From Candidatus Heimdallarchaeota archaeon (lineage in GTDB: Archaea > Asgardarchaeota > Heimdallarchaeia > Hodarchaeales > Hodarchaeaceae), in NCBI GenBank assembly GCA_020353515.1, contig CP070695.1, forward strand, positions 4,394,823 through 4,458,822: 64,000 nucleotides of DNA. The letters run 5' to 3'. Numbering within the stretch: position 1 is the stretch's first letter; every line of letters begins with the position of its first letter. Shown here piece by piece: positions 1 through 9,388 of this stretch. The notes under the pieces were generated by a model. The model did no database searches. It was not told the origin of the DNA and was given only the letters and a program-made list of their open reading frames with translations. The position numbers and the translations under genes are program-made.

Positions 1-369
1 ACCATTGATCAATACATCTTCAATACGGAAGTGAGCGGTGGTGTTCGTTATGTTAATGCCTGTCAGTCCCGCGGCATTGATGATTTTATCCTTGAGAATG
101 TACGGTTCCAAAACGGTACCAATTCCACTAAAGCCTGCTACGGTAAATCCACCATCATTGGTTATGATAATCGGTGAATCTTGAATTTTAGTTACTTTTG
201 CTTGGATACAATGATTACTTTCAAGGTTATTGGTGTTCATTGAGGTATTATTACGATCAATCCTCTGTGAAACTCCATAATTACTCATTAAATAACAGAG
301 GAAGATTGGAAAAACCATCATGAGCATTATCATAACTAACTTCAAGTAAGAATTGTTTTTAGCAAACAT
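1..369 (-). CDS. Partial (runs off window start) secreted NosD/parallel beta-helix family protein, N-terminus
   Basis: Manual translation from ATG at 369: MFAKNNSYLKLVMIMLMMVFPIFLCYL... (signal-like), then PIIITNDGGF..GFSGIGTVLEPYIL..INITNTTAHFRIE. This is the same lead-in motif as the repeats of 36687..40238. Not in the ORF track. Confidence 0.75.
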   Translation of the reverse strand, partial: MFAKNNSYLKLVMIMLMMVFPIFLCYLMSNYGVSQRIDRNNTSMNTNNLESNHCIQAKVTKIQDSPIIITNDGGFTVAGFSGIGTVLEPYILKDKIINAAGLTGINITNTTAHFRIEDVLING

Positions 370-561
370 TCAACCACTTCATGTATCCATCAGAGAAATT
401 TTGATCATTGGAGCTATAGTCGGCATGGTAACTTCATAAGTTTTTGAATCTTTGCAAATATATTTATTAGAAAAAAAGAGAGATATGACTGCAGACAAAG
501 AAGAAAAGTTTATTCAAACAATCTGCTTTGTTAATAATTCAGAATTGGAGGTTTAGTAAAT

Positions 562-735
562 ATGAACAATATTGATGAAAAACTGAATTCAATTGATGAT
601 AATCAAGAAACCGAGACTGATCCTAAGGATGAACCTCTCACTATTGCGGAAATCATATTATTTGTCGGTGTTCCGATTTTGATAGCAGTTATTGGAGCTG
701 CAGTATTATCTATCATCCCCACATCTTGGATGTGA
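562..735 (+). CDS. Small (57 aa) single-pass membrane protein with acidic N-terminus and C-terminal TM helix
   Basis: GGAGG at 547-551, ATG 562, MNNIDEKLNSIDDNQETETDPKDEPLTIAEIILFVGVPILIAVIGAAVLSIIPTSWM, TGA 733-735. Below the ORF-track cutoff. Confidence 0.65.
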   Translation: MNNIDEKLNSIDDNQETETDPKDEPLTIAEIILFVGVPILIAVIGAAVLSIIPTSWM

Positions 736-874
736 CGCAATCTGACACGTTCTTACTCGTGTTTCTAATTTGTTTTGGTTATGGTTTTGTGATGTTGATA
801 TAGGTTTTTCCGTCAGACTTCTCCTAGAAATATTAACTTCAATGGCTTAAAAATCAGTTATTCGTTAATAATTA

Positions 875-1576
875 TCAATATTCTATTATTCGTTGAAGAA
901 ATTTTGCCGTTGAAATTGTATATTTTGCCTCAGATGTACTTACCCCTCTTCCTTTAAATCCTGTTTTTTCAATAAAAGTTTCTATTTCATTTATCAATTC
1001 GTTTGTATCCTTTGCTGTAATTTTGTCTAAGGTGTCAAACCCAGCATCATAGAACAATCGAGCACGTTTTTTCTTCAAACCACCTATACGAGCAAGATTT
1101 GATAGCTTCACTAGCTCCAAGATGTAATCGACAGGTATACCAGATTCCTTGGTAAGTTCCTTTCTTTCAGTTGGAGTACGACCCTTCCCAAGCAATTGTT
1201 GAGCAGTTTTAATTCCTATTGAGCCTAGGATCTTAATATATTCTTCATTTACGCCTTCAAAGTCCTTTAGTTTATATTTCTCTAGTTGTACCCACTCTTT
1301 CATCTCATTAGCAGTATTGTATAGATTTAGGTCTTTGGTGTACAGATAGTAAAATTGAATTCCCCATAAATATAGATAAACGTTAATACCTTGTTCCTTT
1401 CCCCATTCGAGGACAAATTCTTCGATATCTTCTCTTGTTGCGTCATTTAATCCCTTGGGAGGACTTCTAGAAGATAAGAATTCCTCAAACGTCTTTGTAC
1501 GATTAATATAACTATTAATAGTGTTTTCCGGTTTTTTCTTTTGTTTTAAGAAGGCCCGAAAATCATCCTCATCCAA
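875..1576 (-). CDS. DUF4332-like HhH protein with N-terminal integrase SAM-like domain
   Basis: N-term F..FL...PENTINSY..R...F resembles the integrase N-terminal SAM-like domain. C-term LGSIGIKT..QLL...R.EL...SGIP...L.RIGG.....A.L..AGFDTL resembles DUF4332. No catalytic integrase domain. Confidence 0.6.
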   Translation of the reverse strand: MDEDDFRAFLKQKKKPENTINSYINRTKTFEEFLSSRSPPKGLNDATREDIEEFVLEWGKEQGINVYLYLWGIQFYYLYTKDLNLYNTANEMKEWVQLEKYKLKDFEGVNEEYIKILGSIGIKTAQQLLGKGRTPTERKELTKESGIPVDYILELVKLSNLARIGGLKKKRARLFYDAGFDTLDKITAKDTNELINEIETFIEKTGFKGRGVSTSEAKYTISTAKFLQRIIEY

Positions 1577-1719
1577 ATTTCTTACCTCCGAGAAAAATCA
1601 TATGTCATAAAAGATGGAGAAGTGAATTAGCTTTTTAAGCCACTTTTTATGGCAATTACTGAGGAATTATTTTCCCATGAACTATCAGAATTTAGGTAAT
1701 TAGAATGACTGTAAATGTA

Positions 1720-2286
1720 TCACGAATTAACAAATTTATCTTGAAACTTTTCAGTAATATCTTCAGGATGCCAAGGTATGTTCACCAAATCCCTTTTATC
1801 TTCTTGAATTTTCAAATGAAGAACACTGAAAGTTTTTGAATTGAGAAATTCTATTAGATCTAGTTCTAATTGAGCTTGAGAAGCTTCCTTCGAGCTTTGA
1901 CTTTCGATGTTTAATGAATCAAGGAATCTTGTATAATTTATTATTGAAGAAACTGTCTTCTGGCCCCCAGTCGTGTAGTATTGTGCGTTGTCCAAAATGA
2001 GTATTTTCATATTTTTAGGCTTATAGAAAGCAGCTGTAATAGCTGAACCTAACCCCATTAAAAAATTTCCATCTCCAGTTATAACAATGATTCTCTTGTC
2101 TGGATTGGCTAATGCCAAGCCCAGTCCAACTGGAATTGGTAATCCCATTGAACCTCTGAGATACACCTGGGGTTTAGGGAGAAGATGATAGGCTTCTCTA
2201 CTAATGTTTCCATTGGAACTAACTATGATATCATTATTCCCAATAAAATCAGTTAAAGTTGAAATTATCTCATATCCTTTCATCAT
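1720..2286 (-). CDS. comE: TPP-dependent sulfopyruvate/phosphonopyruvate decarboxylase beta subunit
   Basis: GSMGL, GDGNFLM...DN TPP motif, TGGQ. Start placed at ATG 2286, which overlaps the alpha-subunit stop (ATGA). Confidence 0.75.
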   Translation of the reverse strand: MMKGYEIISTLTDFIGNNDIIVSSNGNISREAYHLLPKPQVYLRGSMGLPIPVGLGLALANPDKRIIVITGDGNFLMGLGSAITAAFYKPKNMKILILDNAQYYTTGGQKTVSSIINYTRFLDSLNIESQSSKEASQAQLELDLIEFLNSKTFSVLHLKIQEDKRDLVNIPWHPEDITEKFQDKFVNS

Positions 2287-2786
2287 TGGCATAACACTCC
2301 TTTTTCCACGAGTAAAGCTACTGGACACGAGGTTTCTTCCATCTTTTTCACAGCAGTTCTGATTTCCACTTTCCACCCATCTTCAGATAAATTCCAGTAC
2401 GGAACCTTTAAAGCCTTCAAAACAGGTTCATTCACTTCCCCCATCAGTGAATGTTCAGGGAAATCCTTATCTAGCTCTAATCCTCTATAACTGATTAATA
2501 ATAACATAGGAAGTTTGTAAAGCTGGGCTAGTGAGGTTAATGCGTCTCCAATGTTTCCTAATCCACTATTCTGCATGTAAACAACTGCTTTCTTCTCTGA
2601 AAAAGCCACACCCGAGGCTATACCTATTGCTTCGTCCTCTCTGGTAGCATAAACGTGTGTTAATATGGTTTCTGACTTATGAGAATCTAAATAAGCCAGA
2701 AATTCTTTGAAATAGGAGCATGGTACCCCAGATATGAATTGAAATTCGGTCTCTAAGAATGAGACGAATTCATTTGGATCAATCAT
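2283..2786 (-). CDS. comD: Sulfopyruvate/phosphonopyruvate decarboxylase alpha subunit
   Basis: GVPCS, REDEAIGIASG, MQNSGLGN, ISYRG...EH motifs. Confidence 0.75.
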   Translation of the reverse strand: MIDPNEFVSFLETEFQFISGVPCSYFKEFLAYLDSHKSETILTHVYATREDEAIGIASGVAFSEKKAVVYMQNSGLGNIGDALTSLAQLYKLPMLLLISYRGLELDKDFPEHSLMGEVNEPVLKALKVPYWNLSEDGWKVEIRTAVKKMEETSCPVALLVEKGVLCQ

Positions 2787-2852
2787 AATGTTCCATCCTT
2801 AATTTGAAAAAAATAATGAAATATTTTAAAGGAATTCTCAAAATTATCACAT

Positions 2853-4043
2853 ATGAAAGTTCTTCTTCTAGGTGTCGGTCTACAGGGAAAAGTTGCTCTT
2901 CACGACCTTGTCAAGAGTGATACGGTAAGTGAGGTAATTGCAGCTGATCTTGATATTGCTTCACTAAAACAGTTAGTAGAAACCAAACAATATGCAAAGG
3001 TTCGATGTGAATTTTTAGACGCAAATAATCAAGAAAACATCAACCAACTTATGGCTTTAAAGCCTGATATTGTTATTGATCTACTTCCTATTCCATATGT
3101 GAATAGAATCGCTAAATCTGCCATCAAAACAGGGATAAACCTCATAAATACTCTTTCTCTTTCTCCTGAAATGAAAGAATTAGCAGGAGAAGCTAAAAGT
3201 AAAGGGATCACGGTTCTACCTGAATTTGGGCTAGATCCAGGGATCGATCTTGTATTATTAGGACAAGCACTTAGGGGAATGGAAGATGTCGAAGTTATCA
3301 ACAGTTACGGGGCAGGTATACCAACACTAGAAGCTGCTGATAATCCAATAAATTATAAAGTCACTTGGAGTCTGGAAGGGGTCTTGTCTACTTATTTTCG
3401 TAAGGCTAGAATAATTAGGAATGGGAGAGTTGTTCAACTTAAAGGAAATGAATTATTTAGTCCTGAAAATATTCATGATATTAAGATCGATGATATCGGG
3501 AAGTTAGAGGCTTTTCCAAATGGTGATGTACTCCGATACCTCCCTTCAATTGGTATTGAAGAGCATTCTGACAAATTTAAATTAATCAAAGAAATGGGGA
3601 GATATACTATGAGGTGGCCGGGTCATTGCGCGTTCTGGAAAAAACTTGTTGATCTACACTTGCTTGATGATGAACCAATTGTCATTGATGGGAATGAGAT
3701 AAACCGTCAAAACTATCTTGCGAAGGTTATTGGACCTCATATTCAATTAGAAAATGATGAAAAAGATCTGGCCATTTTACTTATCGAAGTAATTGGAAAG
3801 AAAAATAGTGAAAAAACTCGTGTTATTTATCAATTAATAGATAAACGTGATTTAATTACAGGTTTTACTGCCATGAGTCGTACCGTTGGTTATACAGTAA
3901 GTATTGGGGCTCAAATGATAGGAAATGGAAAAATAGCGCAGACAGGGATTCTTTCACCTGTGAACGACATTCCATACGACATTTTCAAACATGAGCTTAA
4001 TAAACGTGGAATCAATATTAGATCATATATTGAATCCTTTTAA
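2853..4043 (+). CDS. Saccharopine dehydrogenase / lysine 6-dehydrogenase family oxidoreductase
   Basis: GVGLQG Rossmann motif, GLDPGID, YKVTWSLEG, TMRWPGH, AMSRTVGY. Confidence 0.85.
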   Translation: MKVLLLGVGLQGKVALHDLVKSDTVSEVIAADLDIASLKQLVETKQYAKVRCEFLDANNQENINQLMALKPDIVIDLLPIPYVNRIAKSAIKTGINLINTLSLSPEMKELAGEAKSKGITVLPEFGLDPGIDLVLLGQALRGMEDVEVINSYGAGIPTLEAADNPINYKVTWSLEGVLSTYFRKARIIRNGRVVQLKGNELFSPENIHDIKIDDIGKLEAFPNGDVLRYLPSIGIEEHSDKFKLIKEMGRYTMRWPGHCAFWKKLVDLHLLDDEPIVIDGNEINRQNYLAKVIGPHIQLENDEKDLAILLIEVIGKKNSEKTRVIYQLIDKRDLITGFTAMSRTVGYTVSIGAQMIGNGKIAQTGILSPVNDIPYDIFKHELNKRGINIRSYIESF

Positions 4044-4068
4044 TAATAATCACAACGTTGAAGATTAG

Positions 4069-4215
4069 ATGAATTGGTCAGGGAGCTTAATTTCTAGATT
4101 AACAAAAAATAAAAATGAAATTTTACATTATAATTCAAACAGCTGTGTGGGTTGCGGATTATGTGTCGGTATTTGTGAGTACAGAGCAATCAAACTGGAA
4201 AAACGAGTTTATTAA
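4069..4215 (+). pseudogene. Short ORF/remnant carrying one 4Fe-4S motif
   Basis: Frame from ATG 4069 reads ...HYNSNSCVGCGLCVGICEYRAIKLEKRVY* (CxxCxxCxxxC, 48 aa). Only half of a dicluster ferredoxin. Confidence 0.6.
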
Positions 4216-4258
4216 ATATTCAAATTAGATGATGTTTCCCAGAAAATGAACTTCCTCC

Positions 4259-4278
4259 TGAAGATCCAGCTACATACT
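4259..4278 (+). repeat. 20-bp direct repeat, copy 1 (TGAAGATCCAGCTACATACT)
   Basis: Exact match to 6266-6285; the two copies flank the C25 peptidase gene. Confidence 0.85.
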
Positions 4279-4319
4279 AACCTTCAAAGGATTAAGAATT
4301 CACCTGTATTGACCTTTAT

Positions 4320-6122
4320 TCACTTGATTTTCCTTTTCTTTTTCTGTATTGTAAGGATCAAACCTGTAATTATTAATAACCAATATTCAGGAAAGGAGGT
4401 CGAATTATCTGATGAGCTACTAATTGTGGTACTCTCTTCATCCTTCTCTTGAGAGAGTTCACTAATATTTTTTGGTGTATTTTCCAATCCATATTGCCAA
4501 GGGAGAAAATTTATTTTTGAAAGAGTTATTGTCACATTTGTGAGCTCATTTGAAGAAACTGGGAGAGGAACTGTGCCTTCATTATTGGTAGTTCCTCGCC
4601 AATAATATGTCGAATTAAGTAATGATATAGTAACATGATTGATCGTTTGATCATTACTAAAAGTGGTTATAACTGTAGAAGTACTTTCGTTTGAGATTGA
4701 GTATTCAAGTTGGGATGGAATTATTGTCCAAACAGGAACCTCAGGATCACCCATTAGGTTATATTGAATGAGTGTCCTGTTTGAACTTTCTTCTCGTCCA
4801 TTTAATCTCAAAAAATCGTCGATATAGTCAATTTTTGCACGAATAAAAGCTTTTCCTGGCTGATTTCCTCCTGTTGTAAAGAATTGTTCCCAGAATCGGG
4901 ATGATAAACCTTGAGTAAACCACCCCCCATGCTCTCCATTATACCATCTTGAATCGTAATATGCTGAACCAGAACTAGCAATACACCCGATGCCAGCTGT
5001 TTGAAGAATGTATTCAGAGAGGCAATCTACTATTTTAGTAAACGTACCCGTTGAACATGCACAAAGAAAAAAGAATCCATTTTTCCCTCCTGTATCGATT
5101 TCTGACCTGGTATCTATTAGCAATTCTTCAGAACTACTATCAGTTCCATAATCAAATAGTGAATCATTATCTTCATCATTAGTGAATATCATTCGAAACA
5201 TACTATTAACTGATCCATGAGAATCTAACATTCCCGTACAGACTCCATTATTTATTTCTTCTATAACATTAGATTCATTGAGAGGTCTATCAACATAATA
5301 ATCAGTTGTTTTTAGGCCTTCAGTTTCTCCGAGAAGAGTACTAGTCCAATCTGAAGGAAAAATATTTGTTTTTAGCCAATTATGATTTCTATTTGGGTCA
5401 AATTCAGGCGTATCTTCTTCATCAAAGATATTATTGTCATTATCATCTGAATTAAACATCGCAAAGGCGCCTCCAAAAAGAGCATGTGTCATCCAAGACC
5501 CAACTGGGGGATTTCTTTCATAATTAATCAAACGATTAACTAACTCTCTCATCTGATCAGTATCATCAGCAGGTAATCTTCCTACATACACCTCTTCGTC
5601 CCAATCAAAATAATCAATGATTGAGACAGTTCCATCAGTATTATACTCCCAATTGTCATTTAAATTAGCATAATAATGATCACAACTCACAGTGTCATAC
5701 GTTCCAGGTGTGTGTGATGATTCTACTCTAACTATTCTAGTGGGAACATGAGAGCATCCACCAGCAAGAACAACCCATTGAGTATTCCTATTTTCATGGA
5801 ATTCTTGAATACACATCTTGATGCATTCTGCTTCATCTCTACCTTCATAAGTTGAAGATATATTTTCCACTGTTTTTATGGCAGGAATTAGACCACGCTG
5901 TAATTTCCAAATCGACAATGGTTGGACAGCATCATTGAATATTTCTGAGGTGATTATCAGGTAATCAACATCGTCCAGAGATGATGTTTGAGTGGCATCA
6001 CTAGTATTTACTATTCCTGGATTAGCTAAATGTCGAATGGTCAAAGATCCAAGATTTAATACTAATGTAGGTAACCAGACAATCATAACTATTCTCAAGT
6101 AGATTCTTTTCATAGTGATCAC
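4320..6122 (-). CDS. Peptidase C25 (gingipain-like) cysteine protease, secreted and C-terminally anchored
   Basis: YLIIT..F...L..WK..RG, VVLAG, DHYY, VGRLP, YE..P, catalytic SHG and CACSTG, YNLMGDP; S/T linker, TM helix and KKKRK tail. Confidence 0.85.
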   Translation of the reverse strand: MITMKRIYLRIVMIVWLPTLVLNLGSLTIRHLANPGIVNTSDATQTSSLDDVDYLIITSEIFNDAVQPLSIWKLQRGLIPAIKTVENISSTYEGRDEAECIKMCIQEFHENRNTQWVVLAGGCSHVPTRIVRVESSHTPGTYDTVSCDHYYANLNDNWEYNTDGTVSIIDYFDWDEEVYVGRLPADDTDQMRELVNRLINYERNPPVGSWMTHALFGGAFAMFNSDDNDNNIFDEEDTPEFDPNRNHNWLKTNIFPSDWTSTLLGETEGLKTTDYYVDRPLNESNVIEEINNGVCTGMLDSHGSVNSMFRMIFTNDEDNDSLFDYGTDSSSEELLIDTRSEIDTGGKNGFFFLCACSTGTFTKIVDCLSEYILQTAGIGCIASSGSAYYDSRWYNGEHGGWFTQGLSSRFWEQFFTTGGNQPGKAFIRAKIDYIDDFLRLNGREESSNRTLIQYNLMGDPEVPVWTIIPSQLEYSISNESTSTVITTFSNDQTINHVTISLLNSTYYWRGTTNNEGTVPLPVSSNELTNVTITLSKINFLPWQYGLENTPKNISELSQEKDEESTTISSSSDNSTSFPEYWLLIITGLILTIQKKKRKIK

Positions 6123-6265
6123 TATTGATACTAAAAAAACAGGAAAAAACCGATATTCTAGGAAGTATGTCGTTTCATCCTTTTCTCTGTAATATTTTTG
6201 ATAATTAAATATAATGCTTCTTATCAGTGCAATAAATATTTAGCAGGATGAGAAGATTGTATATA

Positions 6266-6285
6266 TGAAGATCCAGCTACATACT
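6266..6285 (+). repeat. 20-bp direct repeat, copy 2
   Basis: Exact match to 4259-4278. Confidence 0.85.
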
Positions 6286-6529
6286 TAATCTTATTTTTTC
6301 ATGAAGATTTCAAATAAGTTATGAAAGTAAAAGTATTTTCATTCCTTCATACCTGAAATGAGAGTTTCACTTAGATTATTGTGCAGTTCTTGAATAGAAT
6401 TCTCCTCTGTATTAGATGCCCACTAAAAGAAATTATCCAATCCTGATTTCACAGTTTCTGTGTTGCTAATGGTAATTTTCGCAATATCACATATGAAATG
6501 AACAAGAGAATATTGGTTGATGAGGTGAA

Positions 6530-8245
6530 TCATTCTTCTTCTTCATATTCAGAAAGAATTTTTTTGGCCTCTTTTAAGTAGGATTGAAATTCTTCAATCT
6601 TCATTAATTCTTCAATTGTTTTTGTGGGCACATCATGTAGTCGCTTATGGATCATTTTCACAACGAGACTTTCAAGTTGAGCTAACTCAATTCTTTGGTT
6701 CAATGAGACATTTCTATCAATATATTCTTCCCATTTTTGTAATTGAGAGAAAAATGAATAATGATCATAACTGATAGAGTTTACTAATGCTTTTAAACCT
6801 CGCTTTTCAGCTATTGATTGAGCTTTGAGTAATAAGGTCTGTGCTTGATGAATATCTAACTTCAAGAGGGCGAGTTTCGAATGCAACCAGTAAGTTTCTG
6901 CCAATAATGAATGAGAATTTTGTTCTTTAGCAATCTTAAGTAATTGGTTACAATATCGATCTAATTCATCAAGAACGTCTTCATTCCCTGTGGTTTTAAG
7001 TTCAAAAAGAAGTAAATCACATAAATTTATTATGGCTTCTACTGTAACCTTGTAGACACTATGAGGTTCCTTTGCGATTTTTTGGAAGATGCGTAGAGCT
7101 TCCATTTTATCTGGTAATCGTTCACTTGTTTTTAAGACGAGTGCTTTCCCTGCTTGGTAAATTAAATTATTCCAAAAATTCTTCTCTTCTTTTCTTAATG
7201 CGTCTAGCTCTTCTATGAAAGGTTGAGCTTTACTTGGAGAAAGATGGTAGGTGTAGAGGCGGACAAGATAATAAAGGCCCTCAGCTAAGAAAAATTTTGT
7301 GTTTCTTTCTTTAACAAGATCTAAAGCCGTTTTATAGTATTCCAATGAAGCGTGAAAATCTCCTCGATCCTGTGATACCCTTCCGAAGTCATAAAGGCTA
7401 AGGATTATCATAACTGTATACTCTGCTAATTCTGCAAGATGATGTGCTTTAGCAATATACTTCTCTGCTATCTCTAACTCTCCCTTGAAATAATAAATTT
7501 CTCCCAAATGTTGCAGATTGTGAGAAATCTCACATTTGTTCTTGATTCTCTCCGCTAGATCAAGAGCTTTCTTAGTGTACTTTAGAGCGAGGTTAAACTT
7601 CCCTCTAAATGAGTAGATATTCCCTAATGCACGGTTAGCTTGGGATGTGAGATACTTGTTTCCTATTTCCTCTCCTATAGCCAAACTTTCCTTGAAGAAT
7701 TTTTGTGCTAATTTACGATCTCCTTGATATAGGTGGTAATTCCCCAATCCAAATAATGACTCACTAATTCCTGTTTTATCTTCAATTGCTTTTCTAATCG
7801 ATAAACTTTCCTGAATCAAAGATAAATACTTGAATGATTCAATATTGGGGTCAAGGGATGTTGCTTTCAGATAAAGAAAAGCCGCTTTCCTTTGTGTATA
7901 TTCATTCGATTCAATAGTTAATCTTTGATCAAAAAAACGTTCCCCTTGGGCTATCAATCTCTTGCTTTCATCTCTCGTTTCAAACATCATGGAAATCTTG
8001 AGCAGAAAACAGATAGCATCCAGCTCATAGAGATCATTTTGAAAACTTTGACTTAGCTTGAATAATTTAGTTGATGTTTGTTTTGCTTTAGTAAGCTCTC
8101 CAAGATTAAGAAAACAAATACTCTTAAAATATATCATATTTAGATGAGATGACTCTTCTAGTTCAGCCATTGAACTATCTTCAGTAATCTGTTCAAGAGC
8201 CTCCTCATATTTCTCTTGATTAACCAGAGATTTGACTTGGTTCAA
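6530..8245 (-). CDS. Tetratricopeptide-repeat protein
   Basis: Repeated SL..LG..Y...G....A..Y...AL.LA units, followed by a helical C-terminal region (AETYWL.SKLALL..D...AQ.LL..AQ.IAE..GL). Confidence 0.85.
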   Translation of the reverse strand: MNQVKSLVNQEKYEEALEQITEDSSMAELEESSHLNMIYFKSICFLNLGELTKAKQTSTKLFKLSQSFQNDLYELDAICFLLKISMMFETRDESKRLIAQGERFFDQRLTIESNEYTQRKAAFLYLKATSLDPNIESFKYLSLIQESLSIRKAIEDKTGISESLFGLGNYHLYQGDRKLAQKFFKESLAIGEEIGNKYLTSQANRALGNIYSFRGKFNLALKYTKKALDLAERIKNKCEISHNLQHLGEIYYFKGELEIAEKYIAKAHHLAELAEYTVMIILSLYDFGRVSQDRGDFHASLEYYKTALDLVKERNTKFFLAEGLYYLVRLYTYHLSPSKAQPFIEELDALRKEEKNFWNNLIYQAGKALVLKTSERLPDKMEALRIFQKIAKEPHSVYKVTVEAIINLCDLLLFELKTTGNEDVLDELDRYCNQLLKIAKEQNSHSLLAETYWLHSKLALLKLDIHQAQTLLLKAQSIAEKRGLKALVNSISYDHYSFFSQLQKWEEYIDRNVSLNQRIELAQLESLVVKMIHKRLHDVPTKTIEELMKIEEFQSYLKEAKKILSEYEEEE

Positions 8246-8523
8246 AATTATTTCCAGTTTAGTCCGCTCTAGGTCTCGAACACGTAGAGAAAGAGTTAAG
8301 ATGAAACTATAAAGATAGAATCGAACAACCTTGAATAGCCATCTTGATTGTTTCTACTAATTGTTTTCTATCTTGAGATGACGATGGATTTTCTACCTTT
8401 ATACTTTCTTGTCAGGAAAGCATCATTGATCTGAGGATAATACAATTTGTAGAAAAGTTATCATCTCAGTCATTTTTAATGAGATTATACGATTCAAGTA
8501 TTTGATAGGCTAGGATACTAATT

Positions 8524-8931
8524 TCAGGCTTCTCTCCAGTCCCAGGATCCCGTTTTTCGCCACCGACAATAAGCCCAAATCCAGGTTTGAATCATTATGG
8601 CAGCATCATACGCTGTATATGAATAATGCCAGTCCTTTTGAGGTCTAAGGTAACAAATTTCTGTATGGCCGTATTTGTCCGTTCTATGCACATGATGGGT
8701 TTTATAAGATAACCTAGGCTCCGTAATCCATGCGCGAGGCGGGGCTGTTGGATAAGTATGGGGAAATTCAATTAACACGTGAAATCGCCCACATGCATAG
8801 GGACCTGTTGTTTCATATTTAACACGCACGCAGATATTTCCATTTTCCAAATAGAAAAAATCTTCTTTTGTTAATGAGGGAAATACTCCTTGTAATTCAT
8901 GAAGTTCCTGATCAACTGTTCGAGTCCGCAA
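8524..8931 (-). CDS. E2/UBC-like protein, paralog B (135 aa)
   Basis: IEFPHTYPTAPPRAW..EP....HHV....GHTEICYL....W UBC-like signature with candidate catalytic Cys. Start re-placed at TTG 8931 (GGTGA RBS, 7 nt after paralog A stop); this N-terminus aligns with paralog A. Confidence 0.75.
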   Translation of the reverse strand: MRTRTVDQELHELQGVFPSLTKEDFFYLENGNICVRVKYETTGPYACGRFHVLIEFPHTYPTAPPRAWITEPRLSYKTHHVHRTDKYGHTEICYLRPQKDWHYSYTAYDAAIMIQTWIWAYCRWRKTGSWDWREA

Positions 8932-8938
8932 CTTAAGG

Positions 8939-9379
8939 TCACCCACGGAATAAATGATCCCAAAATCCTGCTTCAGGGAAATCCCAATCTCCTGTTTTAG
9001 TCCAGCGACAGTAGGTTGTAAGCCATGTTTCAATCATCTTTGCAGCTTCATATGACGTATAACTTAGATGCCAGTCCTTTTTTGGACGTAAATAACAAAT
9101 TAATGCATGGCCAGTTTCATCCCACCGAAAAACATGGGGAGTCTTTTGTGGGATCCGAGGCTTTTGAACCCAAGCCTTTGGTGCGCTAATTGGATAATTA
9201 TAGGGATATTCAATAAGAACATCGAAAGAACCACAGGCAAATTTACCTGTAGTAATGAAGCTGACTTGAACACAGTAATTCCCATTTGGGAGTTTACGAA
9301 AATCTTTCCTTCTTATATCAGGAAATGTTTTTCGTAAGGGGTCAAGTTCCCGTTCAGGAATAGTTTGTCGTAGTAGCAT
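8939..9379 (-). CDS. E2/UBC-like protein, paralog A (146 aa, ends ...HLFRG)
   Basis: IEYPYNYPISAPKAW..KP.....PHV....GHALICYL....W UBC-like signature with candidate catalytic Cys. Confidence 0.78.
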   Translation of the reverse strand: MLLRQTIPERELDPLRKTFPDIRRKDFRKLPNGNYCVQVSFITTGKFACGSFDVLIEYPYNYPISAPKAWVQKPRIPQKTPHVFRWDETGHALICYLRPKKDWHLSYTSYEAAKMIETWLTTYCRWTKTGDWDFPEAGFWDHLFRG

Positions 9380-9388
9380 TCTTAAAGC

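Noticed and set aside
875-1576. Integrase that could explain the direct-repeat cassettes
   Set aside because: Only a SAM-like N-terminal resemblance; no R-H-R-Y catalytic domain.
6340-6510. Possible decayed reading frame on the minus strand with an internal TAG
   Set aside because: No recognisable family motif.
6530-8245. TPR gene as part of the conjugation operon
   Set aside because: It is separated by about 280 nt and looks like a generic TPR protein; linkage cannot be supported from sequence alone.
8932-9033. ORF-track N-terminal extension of E2 paralog B
   Set aside because: It overlaps paralog A by 95 nt; alignment of the paralogs and a GGTGA RBS favour TTG 8931.
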